Assembly: GCF_964204645.1 (NCBI RefSeq)
Contig: NC_134031.1
Coordinates: 11,472,088-11,536,087 of the forward strand
Length of the DNA: 64,000 nucleotides
Direction: 5' to 3'
Source: Tubulanus polymorphus
Lineage: Eukaryota; Animalia; Nemertea
The notes under the pieces were generated by a model. The model ran no database searches and had not been told where the DNA came from. It saw only the letters and a list, made by a program, of their open reading frames with translations. Shown here piece after piece: positions 26,405-36,536 of this stretch. The translations under genes were made by a program, and so were the position numbers. The number at the start of each line of letters is the position of its first letter. Position 1 is the first letter of the stretch.

Positions 26405-27771
26405 ATGGTATTGAGACTCACGATGGATAAGGACCGACGAAGTAGGAACGCTCATAGAGGACTTTTAAAAGTATCTTTTACCGCAATTGATGAACATTTA
26501 GCTAAAGATGAGTATGAATTGGCACTTGAAACTCTTATGGAAGTTTGTTCTCGCATTAAGACAATTGAAGGCCTGAATGAGATAATGTACGGAAAGCTCG
26601 ATGATATGGAGCATCAAAAGTTTTTTGAAGAGGCCGAAACAGAGATTTCAAGCCAGAGTATTCTTACACGTAGGCACGAGAAAACTATATTAAAACACTT
26701 AGATAAGCTAACCCCGCCAACTGAACCTGTGGAAGCTACACCTAGTGACAGCTTAAAAGTACATTTGCCGAAAATAACTTTGCCGAAGTTTTCGGGTGCA
26801 GTATTAGAATGGCAATCGTTCTGGGACTATTTTTTTGCGGATATTGGTTCCCAGAAAAATCTAGCAAGTGTCTGCAAATTCAACTACCTGAAATGCCAAT
26901 TGAGTGGTGAGGCGTTGGAGAGTATTGCGTGTATCCCTTTAACGGACAGAGGCTTTAGTGAGGCTGTCGAAATTCTCATGGGTCGTTATGGCATGGAAAA
27001 TAAGGTCGTTAAAGCCTACACAAAAGCGATATTAGACCTCCCTAGGCCGCCGTATTCTCTCACTAGCTTGCGACAATTTTATGACAAACTCTGCAACTAC
27101 ATTCGTTCACTTTCCACGTTGGGAAAAGACGACTCTCATTTTGGTGGTGTACTTGTCTCGGTTGTGTTTGATAAACTTCCTCCGACCGCACGTGAAAATT
27201 TTGTTAGAGTGTATGGAGACCGTGAAAATTCATTGAATGAGATAATTACTAGTTTGAAACATGAGATTGTTGTACTGGAAGCTGGGTCTGGTAGTGGTCC
27301 TAATCCGGGGGTCTGTGTTGATTCGGGTTCTAGTACTATGGTGACCATGGTTAAAAGTTCTAAGATTTTTTGTAGTAATAGGTCGGTTAAATCTTCCGGT
27401 CAAAGACCAAAGCCAAAGGCTTGTCATTATTGTAGTTCCCATGCTCATTTTGCTGTCAAGTGTGATAAGTATGCGGATTTTGATTCTCGTAAAACTCGAG
27501 CACAAGAGTTAGGTCTGTGTTATAATTGTCTTGCAAGTTCTCATTTTATATCTGAGTGTCGGTCATCCTCTTGTAGAGAGTGTAGAGTTAAACACCATAC
27601 TTCATTGTGTAAAAAACTCCTCGATAGTAATAGTACGCAAAGTATTGGTCAAAATTCACCCCAAACGTCGGTCGCGACATCTAGTGGTAGCGATAAAAGT
27701 TCAGATAAAAGTTCTCAGTCGACGAGTCCTATCGCAAGGTCGGACGAACGTGGTCAGTCGTCTCAAACGGC
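26405..27771 (+). pseudogene. gag: BEL/Pao Gag (DUF1759-type, three zinc knuckles), interrupted by Mav-2
   Basis: LPKITLPKFSG..EWQSFWD, KFNYLK..L.GEA; CHYC..H..C, CYNC..H..C, CREC..HH..LC. The ORF track end (27976) is read-through into the Mav-2 TIR. Confidence 0.93.
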
Positions 27772-28304
27772 AGTAGTATACAAAATAGCGGTTCTGGCGC
27801 AGCCCGACCCCGGTTCTGGCGCAGCCCATCCTTACCCCGGTATACCGTGTACCCTCTCAAAGCTTTATCTCCACCTAAATACCCTAAGAAGACAACCCCT
27901 GTGGACTGCGGTTCTGGCGCAGCCCATCCTTACCCCGGTGTACCATGTACCCCCTCAAAGCTTTTTCTCCACCTAAATACCCTAAGAAGACAACCCCTGT
28001 GGACCATGGAAAACACGCCAAGGGGCCGGCAAACCCCCTCCGGCCCCTATAAACCAACCGCTATAATGCACCTACAACAAAGTGTTATTTACATAGATAT
28101 TTACAGTATATACAAGTATGTGAAACGCTCTGACCTGGAATTCACCTCTTAAGCTGACGCTATCAGCGGTGCGCTGCGACCTGATTGTCACTGATTGCGA
28201 AATAGCCTAGAAAGTTCTATGCTGACGCAGAAGCCGGCAAACAACCGAGACATCGGCAGGCAACCAGAGTCATGTCCCTTGGACATGGCCAGGCCCGGCC
28301 AACA
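27772..28304. repeat. Mav-2 left TIR (533 bp) with two internal ~120-bp units
   Basis: Inverted match to 39465-40019; lacks one 22-bp sub-repeat. Confidence 0.95.
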
Positions 28305-28387
28305 TTCGGCGTGTGCCGACTTCTGACGAGGGGCCTCCCAAAAATTTCCATTTAGAGATATATATTTCTCATATATGCGAAAGCAAG

Positions 28388-29963
28388 ATGGACAGCGCGG
28401 TAAAAAGTCTGACCGATTTACTTCGAGACGGGCAGATTACTGTCGTAACATATGCCGATGCCATCAACCAGTTGACCCGCAGACCGACGCCTGCTCCGAG
28501 AAAGCCAAAACCCGCCCCCAGAAAACCCAAGTACAAGGTAGAAAACATTATACCGGACGATGATCCGATTTGGGATGAGATTCTACCGGAGCCAGAACCC
28601 GCGTTTCATAGGGCCCCGTTTGCTATCCAAAATTATCTGAGGGCCTGGGTTTTGAGACCAGCCACCGATATGACTGATCCGTCGATATTCTTGCGCGAAC
28701 AGCGGAACAATGTAAGGGAGAAGTTAGTCGAGGAGATCATTGACCTTAAGGGTGTAAAATTCTCCATTGCTCTGCGGGTTTCGTTGAGGAAGGAGAAGAA
28801 CGACGGCACCTATGCGCACGTCGAGCCGCCCTTCTGGTCGAAGCAATACGTTCTATCGAAGGCGGCTAACATAAATGAGGAGTTTGGTAAAGCTGAAGCT
28901 AGGGTTATACAGAGTATTGAGAATTATATGAGAGAAGGTTATATCGACCTCCCCGTCGCAGTCAAGAGAAGACACGCCGTCGTAAATGTCAAAAATAGAG
29001 ATGATCACTGCCTTAAGTGGTCAATACTGGCCTCGAAATACCCCGTAGAGAGAGACCCCCAGAGGCCATCGAAGTATGCGAATCACTGGGACCAGCTTGA
29101 ATTTACAGGCATCGATTCACCAACACCATTGAGTCAGATTCCTATGGTCGAACGACAAAACGGACTGGCAATCAACGTGTTCGGGTATGACAAAGGCGTG
29201 TACCCACTGCATATCAGCGATGGCCCGGCCCCCATTCCTAGAATTAACTTGCTTCTCGTAGAGAGCGGTGAGAAACAGCATTACACATGGATCAAAGACC
29301 TCAATCGCCTGTTGTTCACCCAGAGTAAGTTTGAAGGGAGGAAACACTTCTGCGAGCGGTGCCTTCATTGTTTCACCAGAGAAGATCTCCTGGAGAGGCA
29401 CAGGTCAGATTGTCGAGGAGTCAACGGACGTCCGATGCGTACCAGTATGCCCTCGGAGGAGGACAGAGTGCTGCGGTTCACCAATCATCACAAGCAGCTC
29501 AAGATTCCGTTCGTCATCTATGCCGACTTCGAAGCCATTACAACCAAATTCGAGGGGCCCGGAAGGAACCCGAACCAGAAAGGTAGCGAAAAGACTCAAC
29601 TTCACGAGGCGTGCGGGTTCTCGTACGTGGTAGTGAGAAGCGACGGTAAACACGAACCACCCGTCCTTTATAGAGGCCAAGACGCTGCGGCGGTATTTCT
29701 TCAGCACCTCCAAGGGGAAGAGGAGAAAATAAAGGGCGTGCTCGCCCATCCCGCGCCTATGGTAACTACTCGGGAGGAGCAAACGTCATTCGAGGAAGCG
29801 GAAAATTGCTACGTATGCGACAAACCACTCTATGAGGATCGGGTCAGGGATCACGATCACATAACGGGTGACTACCGGGGCCCGGCCCACAACGAGTGCA
29901 ATCTCAAGTTGCGACTGTCCGCGAAATACACGCCTATATCGGTCATGTTTCACAACCTCCGCG
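28388..29963 (+). pseudogene. pPolB: Mav-2 pPolB N-terminal half (terminal-protein region, Exo I, endonuclease VII-like insert); polymerase domain missing
   Basis: NVKNRDDHCLKWSIL, CERCL, YADFEA, VRDHDHITGDYRGPAHNECNL; homology stops at FHNLR (Exo II start). Confidence 0.92.
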
Positions 29964-30253
29964 TGGTCGCAGGCATTGAACGATACAGTTTGCAGTTCAT
30001 GGCTCTGTCCGGCTTCGCCTGGGAGGAAATAAATCTGGAAGCGATTTGGAAGGAGATGTTCACCGACAACCGCGTAAACTGGGGTCGAATAGTCACGTGA
30101 ATCGCATTCGCTAGCTATCTGGCTAAGCATTTCTTCCGAGTCACCGATAACCTCGATTACGCCGAAGAGATCGCATTTAGAACGAGGGAGTTCTTTAACG
30201 ACAATCTCGCATACTGGGTTATCGAGCAAGGTGGCTGGTCAGAATTACCATGA
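29964..30253 (+). pseudogene. Bcl-2-family homologue, 5'-truncated, fused in frame to pPolB, one internal TGA (30098-30100)
   Basis: BH1 EMFTDNRVNWGRIVT*IAFASYL; same frame continues 50 codons with BH2 AYWVIEQGGWSELP*. Confidence 0.85.
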
Positions 30254-30293
30254 GACGGAAAGCGAGTTTTTTCTGGCTTACAGTATAGCTACT

Positions 30294-31538
30294 ATGTCTG
30301 CATACGGTAAACACTTGAACCCTTCGAGACAGATTCGAAGACCGCTAGGTGTCAAGGCGGATCGACACCACGAGGTTATTACCCACAACCCTTCGTCCGT
30401 GTCACCGGGGGAAACCCTTTACGTAAGGATACCAAAACTGCAGGTGAACACGCTGGTACCCGGAAGCTTGAAACTCACGTTCGACCTCAGCAAAGAGGGT
30501 CCGGCTAATAACTTCTTCGTGAACAACATTTCGAGGAACCTAATGGCCAGAATCGTTGACAAACTGGGTGGTGAAATCTTATCGGATTTGAACTACAGCT
30601 TCGTCTTCCAGACCTACAAAGATCTGTGGCTTACGGACAAAAGGCGAAGTAACATGATTCTGGATGGAATCGGCAACGAGAACTTGAGGAAACTCAGATC
30701 GGATGCAGAAGACGCCTTGAAAACCAACACCAAGGAAACGATGATCAAGTCGGTGTTTAAGAACAGGTACGCCATACCCATTGATTTCGAACTGTACACG
30801 GACCACGGTCCTTTCTATCCGTTCGCAATCAACGAGGACTTTGTTAGGGAGATCACTTTCAACGAAATCAAGTTCACTGTAAACGGGAGTGCGGAGGCAT
30901 GGGGATACTCCGTGAAAAATATAGCCCTCGAATACGACACCGTGCATTCGGCGGAGCTCGCCAGACAGATCGAAGCCGACCTGTCCGCCGGGGTAAGCTT
31001 CTTGTACGACTACGTCACGTACTTCAGGAGTCAATCCACGGGAACCTCGACAATTCTGAACGTAAACGTTAACGTTCCCCGAAGGTCGATGAAGGGCCTG
31101 TTGATATTCTTTCAAGAAGAGTTTGACAACGGGCAGTACGATTCCGAATCCACCTCGTTTCAGAACCCTAACATCAAGAACGTCGACGTCACGATCGAAG
31201 GAATATCTCACAAAGTGTACAAGCAAGGACTGAAACCTTACCAACAATGGGAAGAGTGCAGAAGATTTCTGATGCCAGAATCGGCCAAAGAAACCGACGA
31301 GTCGCACATAGACGAGTTCTCGTTCTTCGTCGACGACAAATACGCATTGTGGATCGATCTCAGAAGCACAGACGACAACTCGCTTCACGGATCTGGTCTA
31401 AGGTTGGTCAACACAAAGGACGGCGTTCAGTTAGCCATCACCCGTACCAGCACAATGGAGTACACGATGTTCATTTACGTCGTAGCCGACGCCCAAGTAA
31501 ACATCCAGAACAACCAATTAAAGGCGATTCTGTTCTAA
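30294..31538 (+). CDS. Mav-2 major capsid protein (double jelly-roll expected)
   Basis: Full-length similarity to Mav-3 415-aa ORF (THNPS, YKDLWLT, PRRS.KG.LIFF, LW.D.R.T.DNSLHGSG); size and position next to ATPase fit Maverick MCP; probable start is ATG 30294. Confidence 0.85.
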   Translation: MSAYGKHLNPSRQIRRPLGVKADRHHEVITHNPSSVSPGETLYVRIPKLQVNTLVPGSLKLTFDLSKEGPANNFFVNNISRNLMARIVDKLGGEILSDLNYSFVFQTYKDLWLTDKRRSNMILDGIGNENLRKLRSDAEDALKTNTKETMIKSVFKNRYAIPIDFELYTDHGPFYPFAINEDFVREITFNEIKFTVNGSAEAWGYSVKNIALEYDTVHSAELARQIEADLSAGVSFLYDYVTYFRSQSTGTSTILNVNVNVPRRSMKGLLIFFQEEFDNGQYDSESTSFQNPNIKNVDVTIEGISHKVYKQGLKPYQQWEECRRFLMPESAKETDESHIDEFSFFVDDKYALWIDLRSTDDNSLHGSGLRLVNTKDGVQLAITRTSTMEYTMFIYVVADAQVNIQNNQLKAILF

Positions 31539-31550
31539 TGTATAGCGGAG

Positions 31551-32165
31551 ATGGATAGGCTTTGTTTACAGCCCCCGTTCAACATGATTGTGTCGGGGCA
31601 AACGAACTGCGGAAAAACGCACTACGTCCTCGACCTCCTACAATCTGTCTATCGCGGCAAATTCCACAATATAGTGATTTTCTGCCCGACTTTCCTCGAG
31701 AACACCACCTACGATAGATCGTTTGTGATGAAGGACCCCAATACCTTCGTCATGAACCCGGGTTCGGTGTTAAACGACCTAGACGGTTTGCTTTCCACGT
31801 GCACCAAAGTATACGGCGATCCTCATTGTCAAACTGTGTTTCTTATAGACGACTGTGCCAACTTGAAGGATACTAAAACCAAGTCGTCCGAATTGACGAA
31901 ACTCGCGTTCTCGGGCCGTCATCTGAATATCTCAGTGTGGGTGCTCACTCAAAAATACAACGCCGTTGTGAAAGATTTCCGAGAAAACCTGAGAATGTTA
32001 GTCCTGTACCACCAAAAAGACGAGGATGGTTTAAAGGATGCTCTGCGTGAAAACAACATCGTCCCGAAAAACAAAAGGGAACGTGTGATCGCAGATCTCT
32101 CTGCTAGGAATCGGGCCCGTCTCGTCATGCGCCTCGAGTATCCATTCGCCTACGGGGTATTCTAA
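31551..32165 (+). CDS. Mav-2 A32/FtsK-like packaging ATPase
   Basis: GQTNCGKT, FLIDD, SGRH, LTQ. Confidence 0.95.
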   Translation: MDRLCLQPPFNMIVSGQTNCGKTHYVLDLLQSVYRGKFHNIVIFCPTFLENTTYDRSFVMKDPNTFVMNPGSVLNDLDGLLSTCTKVYGDPHCQTVFLIDDCANLKDTKTKSSELTKLAFSGRHLNISVWVLTQKYNAVVKDFRENLRMLVLYHQKDEDGLKDALRENNIVPKNKRERVIADLSARNRARLVMRLEYPFAYGVF

Positions 32166-32192
32166 ATTTTGGACGACTAACATATAGCGAAC

Positions 32193-32690
32193 ATGAACGA
32201 AGTCTACGACGAACTACTGAGTGACATTGGGTTGGATGTAGAATCACCCGAAGACGACGAGTCGGAAGGGCGCAGGCAGCTACTTGTCGGGCTTTCTCAG
32301 AGCGGGTTGCTTGCAAAAATAGGTATCAAGAAATCCGAAGGTCAACTTAAGAAGATGAACTCGAAAGCGCTCGAACGGGTGCGGACGGAGTACGAAAACC
32401 GTTATTCCGCCGCGGTTTCCGACAGTCTGATCAACAGCATACTCTATTCCAAGCTCTGCAAGTGGTTCAGACCTAACGTAGACACAGAACAGCTAAACAA
32501 GGAGTTGACTGAAAACTTTGTTATCACCGCCGAGATGAAAAACCAGCTCGGCCATCTGGGTAGGATTCTGAAGACTGCCATACTCGCAATCGCGAACGTT
32601 GCGGTAATCACCGGGAAGAATATGGCAGATTCTGAGGAAAGTGACTTGTCCACTTGTCCGCAAGTAACTAGTCCACTTGCCGATAAGTAA
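32193..32690 (+). CDS. Conserved Maverick protein, homologue of Mav-3 200-aa ORF
   Basis: YSKLC and downstream L..N.(F/Y).(V/I)..E(M/L) pattern shared. Confidence 0.75.
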   Translation: MNEVYDELLSDIGLDVESPEDDESEGRRQLLVGLSQSGLLAKIGIKKSEGQLKKMNSKALERVRTEYENRYSAAVSDSLINSILYSKLCKWFRPNVDTEQLNKELTENFVITAEMKNQLGHLGRILKTAILAIANVAVITGKNMADSEESDLSTCPQVTSPLADK

Positions 32691-32737
32691 ATTTCCCACT
32701 TTCCCGTAAGTCGTATTTTCCTCTCTTGCATATAGGG

Positions 32738-33055
32738 ATGGAACAAGTGGAACAAGTGACGACTAACCCGCATAAACAAAAGTCCCCTGGTCGAGTCGCA
32801 TGGGGCAAAAAGCTTGCCGAAATAAGTAGGCAGCAGCGAGCCTCGAAGAAAACGGCTGCCCCGATTGTCGGTTCCGACGACGAAAACAGAACCCAGTCAA
32901 AACACCTGCAAATGTGGATCGCGATAGGCGGGTTGTTAGTGGGCCTCGGAGCTCTATACTATCAGAGAATGGCGCTAAACCAAACCCCGAAACCCGAAGA
33001 AAACACGGAACCAACACCCGAACCTTTAACTTGTCGCCTTGTGGAGATGACCTAA
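32738..33055 (+). CDS. Small basic single-TM protein, homologue of Mav-3 122-aa ORF
   Basis: RVAWGKKLAEISR plus a TM segment. Confidence 0.75.
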   Translation: MEQVEQVTTNPHKQKSPGRVAWGKKLAEISRQQRASKKTAAPIVGSDDENRTQSKHLQMWIAIGGLLVGLGALYYQRMALNQTPKPEENTEPTPEPLTCRLVEMT

Positions 33056-33080
33056 ATTTTCTGTAGATAGATATAGCACG

Positions 33081-33320
33081 ATGGCAACGAATCCAGACTA
33101 TCGAACAATCGCAAACGTACTTTATCACTCGGCCGTTCTAAGCGGACTGACCGTAGGGTACGCGATGCTCGGGAAGAAAATGCTACGCTTCGATGTGGGT
33201 GATCCCTCCAAGGCTGACCTTTCCGAAGCTATGAAACTCACGGTTGCGGTTTCTTTAGCAACCATCTCCAAGGATTACCTGGAGAAGTCGAAATTCGAAA
33301 AATTCTGCCCCCAAATATAG
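33081..33320 (+). CDS. Small hydrophobic protein, homologue of Mav-3 73-aa ORF
   Basis: TVGY.M..KK and KLT.AV.L...DYLEK shared. Confidence 0.8.
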   Translation: MATNPDYRTIANVLYHSAVLSGLTVGYAMLGKKMLRFDVGDPSKADLSEAMKLTVAVSLATISKDYLEKSKFEKFCPQI

Positions 33321-33330
33321 GGACCTAATC

Positions 33331-33740
33331 ATGGCTACTGCAGCGGTTATCATCGGCGGCGCCATAGCGAACGCTGTGGCATTTACCGGAGGCCAAGCAA
33401 TCTATAGAGCGGTACAAGGCGACTCCGGAGCTGCCCAAGAACGAGAGAGGCTATGGAGCGATTGAACGCGGCAATGGTGACCTGGAACGAGAAACGGCAA
33501 AAGACACTGGACTACCTCAACAGGGAGCTGCAAAAAGAGATGCAGACAAAATCCGACTTTTCGGACGTCGATGAGGCCCTTAGGCTTTACAACAGTACCA
33601 GGAACGACAAATTATCTTTGAGGCAGCGGCCGGTGCTAGGCGATTTCTATTCCCCTTCAGACGACCAATTGAACAGTGAGTACGCCTTTATATTAGGCAG
33701 TACAATTCTGACCGGCGTCATCGCGTACAAATATCTGTAA
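33331..33740 (+). pseudogene. Homologue of Mav-3 140-aa ORF, frameshifted near 33450
   Basis: AIANAVAFTGG from ATG 33331; C-terminal part in ORF 33453-33740. Confidence 0.8.
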
Positions 33741-33743
33741 GTT

Positions 33744-34262
33744 ATGGACGACCCCTACGGTATATTGCCTAAGGAGTTTGATCTTGAAAGGCTCGAGAGA
33801 GAACTCGAAGACTACGTAAACCCTCCTCTTCGGTTGCAGATCAAAAAGGTTCCGAAACCGAAACAAGTCCACATCCCTCCGGCGAATTACGACTATCGAA
33901 CCTACTTGGAAGACCACATAAATCGCGGTTTGGACGGTGGGTTTCTCGACATTCCTACATGCGCGATGATCAGATATTGCTTCGCCGACGTCTATCAACT
34001 CTTCCTCGAAAAGTTCCCTCGTCGGAAAAACTTCCTTTCCTACGGATTCTTCTTAAACCGAATCCTCGAGCTACATGGAAAGCCGGAACGTAAGTTCGGG
34101 AAAGAACCAGTGTCGAAATTTGCTTTGGCACAAAACTGGAATTTGTGGGAAGCGTACGAGGAGTGGATCCAAAAACAAATGGACGAGTTCGATGTTTCCG
34201 ATTCTTGCAGAAATTCCTGGCTTAATTATAGACGATGGCGGAATTCGACGTTGATCCGATAG
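33744..34262 (+). CDS. VLTF3 (poxvirus A2/NCLDV late transcription factor)-like protein, C-terminal domain only
   Basis: FPRRKNFLSYGFFLNRILELHG...QNWNLW resembles the VLTF3 signature RKNFLSYxYxLxKxxELLG...QDxIW; recognised from motif only. Confidence 0.6.
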   Translation: MDDPYGILPKEFDLERLERELEDYVNPPLRLQIKKVPKPKQVHIPPANYDYRTYLEDHINRGLDGGFLDIPTCAMIRYCFADVYQLFLEKFPRRKNFLSYGFFLNRILELHGKPERKFGKEPVSKFALAQNWNLWEAYEEWIQKQMDEFDVSDSCRNSWLNYRRWRNSTLIR

Positions 34263-35343
34263 ACTGGGACGTGGAGCCTCAAGATGACGCCGTAGGCGAG
34301 CTCATTCCCATGGAAAACCTGGGAGAAAAAGACGGCATCATCGACTCGCTGCTCGGTAAATTCGGCGGTAACCTGGACGACATGGAGCGAGCCCTGATGC
34401 GCCTGCAACTACAAAAACAAGACGATACCTGGTTCTTCCAGACGGAACTGAACGGTGATCCAGTTCGGGTGAAACTTACCGGTAGGAGCGGTCAAGTACT
34501 CGCGCATAGTACCATCTCGAAAGCGAAAGGGGCTCTGAGTTTTTCCATGCTCTGGGCCCGGACAGACCGGTGAGAATGGAACGAGACCCGTTGGAACCAT
34601 CTATCGTGGAGCGCTTGTCGGTGGATAACGAGTTGAGTTTGCAGCAGGAAATAGAGGACATCGTCAATGACGACAGGGCTCCGCTGAGACCAGAAGACAG
34701 ACGTGAACTCCGGGGGGTAGCTACTACTTTGGTTTCTACGTCCAGCAAAATTAAGTCAGCAGCTGTAAACGTGGAATGGGCCCAACGAGAACTAGAAAAG
34801 GCTCAGAAAGAGCGCGATGACGCGGTGTCCGAACAAGACATCCGATACTGGGACGACGAAGTAGAAAGGTTCGAAGCTCAGGAAGCAATATACAGGCGGA
34901 CCTACGAGGCTCTACGGCAGGGGGAGACTTCTCAGATCGAGAGGTTGAAGAGGCTTCTGAAGAACGAAGATAATCGGCCCCTCGGCGTAAAGATCCGGGA
35001 GTTGTTCAAACAGGAAGGGATTACGTTGGTGAGCGTTGTCACGGCCATCGGGCTCGCAATCGCGAACGGGCTCAAAAGCGTAGTAACACCCAGTCCGCCG
35101 GTTGGACCGGGAAAAGAACCCAAGTCCAGGATTCGAGAAGCTCTGAAAAAGATCGCGGCGTTTCTTAAATATCTCGCAGGGAAAGGAGCTGCCGCGTTGC
35201 CGGGAATGATCGGAACGGTGGTTAGCTTCCTGTTGAGGAAAGCCGGAGAAGCAGTCGGATTCGTGGCCGAGCACTTGGTGTTGTTGTTTATCGCTGCAGT
35301 CGGTCTGTCTTTCCAAGTCCTGAGCAAGAAATTCTCGCGTTAG
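34235..35343 (+). pseudogene. Coiled-coil protein with hydrophobic C-terminus, homologue of Mav-3 490-aa ORF, frameshifted near 34540-34570
   Basis: LFKQEGIT..S..TA, AAALPG.I...V.F.L..AG, FVAEHL shared. Confidence 0.82.
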
Positions 35344-35354
35344 ATATAGGAAGG

Positions 35355-36074
35355 ATGTTAGTCATCCACTGTTACGGTAAGGATCCGACCGTGCGTCTAA
35401 AAACGCATCTCGACACGGGTGGCTTCAAAACTGTAGCCTTAAGACGGGCTGTCATTTCTCTGGCTTACTTCAACGTTTCCGACAAACTGAACAACCACAG
35501 GTTTCGCTACATGACCGGAGAAAGGGTGGACGAGCACCAACAAAATGTGTTCAACTTGATTATCAGGAATGGACTTTACACGGTTGAGAGTTTGAACGAC
35601 GAAATTCAGCGAGTCATAACCCGAAACGGTCACAAACCGGGCTTCATTAACATAGCCTACGTGGAGGCGAGGGGGCGCATCGAACTCAATGTCAAAAAAC
35701 CGTACCGAGTGCTCTTCAGCGGCTCCATCACCGATCTGTTGGGAGTCCCGGAAAGATATTACCCAAACGTCGAAGGTAAAGAGGTTAGTGTAAGGGGTAC
35801 GAAAGAATGTAGGTTTACCAGGCATACGGAATACCGCGTAACGTGCAATCTCGTTGACGAATCGAGAAACTTCCTAAACGGGGTGCCCTCGGACCTGATC
35901 GCCATTTTACATCCGAAAGCAGGTCAATACGGCGACTCATTCGAGTACGTTTACGGGGTACCGATACCAATTAAGGAAGGCGGCTTCGCCGACGTAGTGG
36001 TCAAGGTTTTCAATCAGGACATGGAGGAGATTCGATTCCAGGAACCGCTCCAAATTTTGCTCGCATTAGAATAG
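35355..36074 (+). CDS. Mav-2 minor capsid (penton-like) protein
   Basis: G.Y..E.L..EI, LLG and CNLVD motifs shared with 44984-45739. Confidence 0.7.
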   Translation: MLVIHCYGKDPTVRLKTHLDTGGFKTVALRRAVISLAYFNVSDKLNNHRFRYMTGERVDEHQQNVFNLIIRNGLYTVESLNDEIQRVITRNGHKPGFINIAYVEARGRIELNVKKPYRVLFSGSITDLLGVPERYYPNVEGKEVSVRGTKECRFTRHTEYRVTCNLVDESRNFLNGVPSDLIAILHPKAGQYGDSFEYVYGVPIPIKEGGFADVVVKVFNQDMEEIRFQEPLQILLALE

Positions 36075-36076
36075 AG

Positions 36077-36535
36077 ATGAACTTGTACAGGGGATTAGGG
36101 AAAACACAGTCCACCACAAAACCTGTGATAACCGTTTGGGCCGAGGAAAAAGGACCCCTTGGTGAGGGCTCTTACGAATTTTCGTACGGTGATGGGTCGC
36201 GATCCCAGTACGCGGGCTACACGATGATGTGTCCGGGGAGAGTGCTAAAAATGGGCCTCTCCGGTGGCGACTTGACAACTAATACCACAGTAGTGTTGAC
36301 CGTCAACAGGGTGGAAAAAGGAGAAATCACGAAAGAGGCTCGGCTTTTACAGGGCCCGATCAAACCCCAAGGTAAAGGAGTCTTCCAAGCCGCGGTCAAA
36401 ACGTTCTCTCCACCAGTCGAATTGGCCGAGGGCGACGTCATCAATTTCAAGTCGTCGAGATCGCCCGCTACTCGAGCAATAGCTACGATAGCTTCACTCC
36501 TCATCGAGCTCGACATTTTCCCGCATAGTATATAG
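36077..36535 (+). CDS. Hypothetical beta-rich protein, no counterpart in Mav-3
   Basis: Tightly packed 152-aa ORF with AATAG just upstream. Confidence 0.6.
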   Translation: MNLYRGLGKTQSTTKPVITVWAEEKGPLGEGSYEFSYGDGSRSQYAGYTMMCPGRVLKMGLSGGDLTTNTTVVLTVNRVEKGEITKEARLLQGPIKPQGKGVFQAAVKTFSPPVELAEGDVINFKSSRSPATRAIATIASLLIELDIFPHSI

Positions 36536-36536
36536 C

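Noticed and set aside
27772-28152. ORF extensions in the Mav-2 TIRs (end of 26405-27976, 27847-28152, 39617-40048, 39717-39944)
   Set aside because: Read-through into or within tandemly repeated TIR DNA; frames differ between the two TIRs because of the 22-bp indel; no protein motifs.
30098-30100. TGA in the Bcl-2-like frame as programmed read-through or selenocysteine
   Set aside because: The position is normally hydrophobic in BH1, no supporting signal is visible, and neighbouring genes are also decayed, so a nonsense mutation is simpler.
30579-31388. Long antisense ORFs over Mav-2 genes (e.g. 269 aa opposite MCP)
   Set aside because: Expected shadow ORFs in GC-rich coding DNA; no motifs and no counterpart in the AT-rich homologues.
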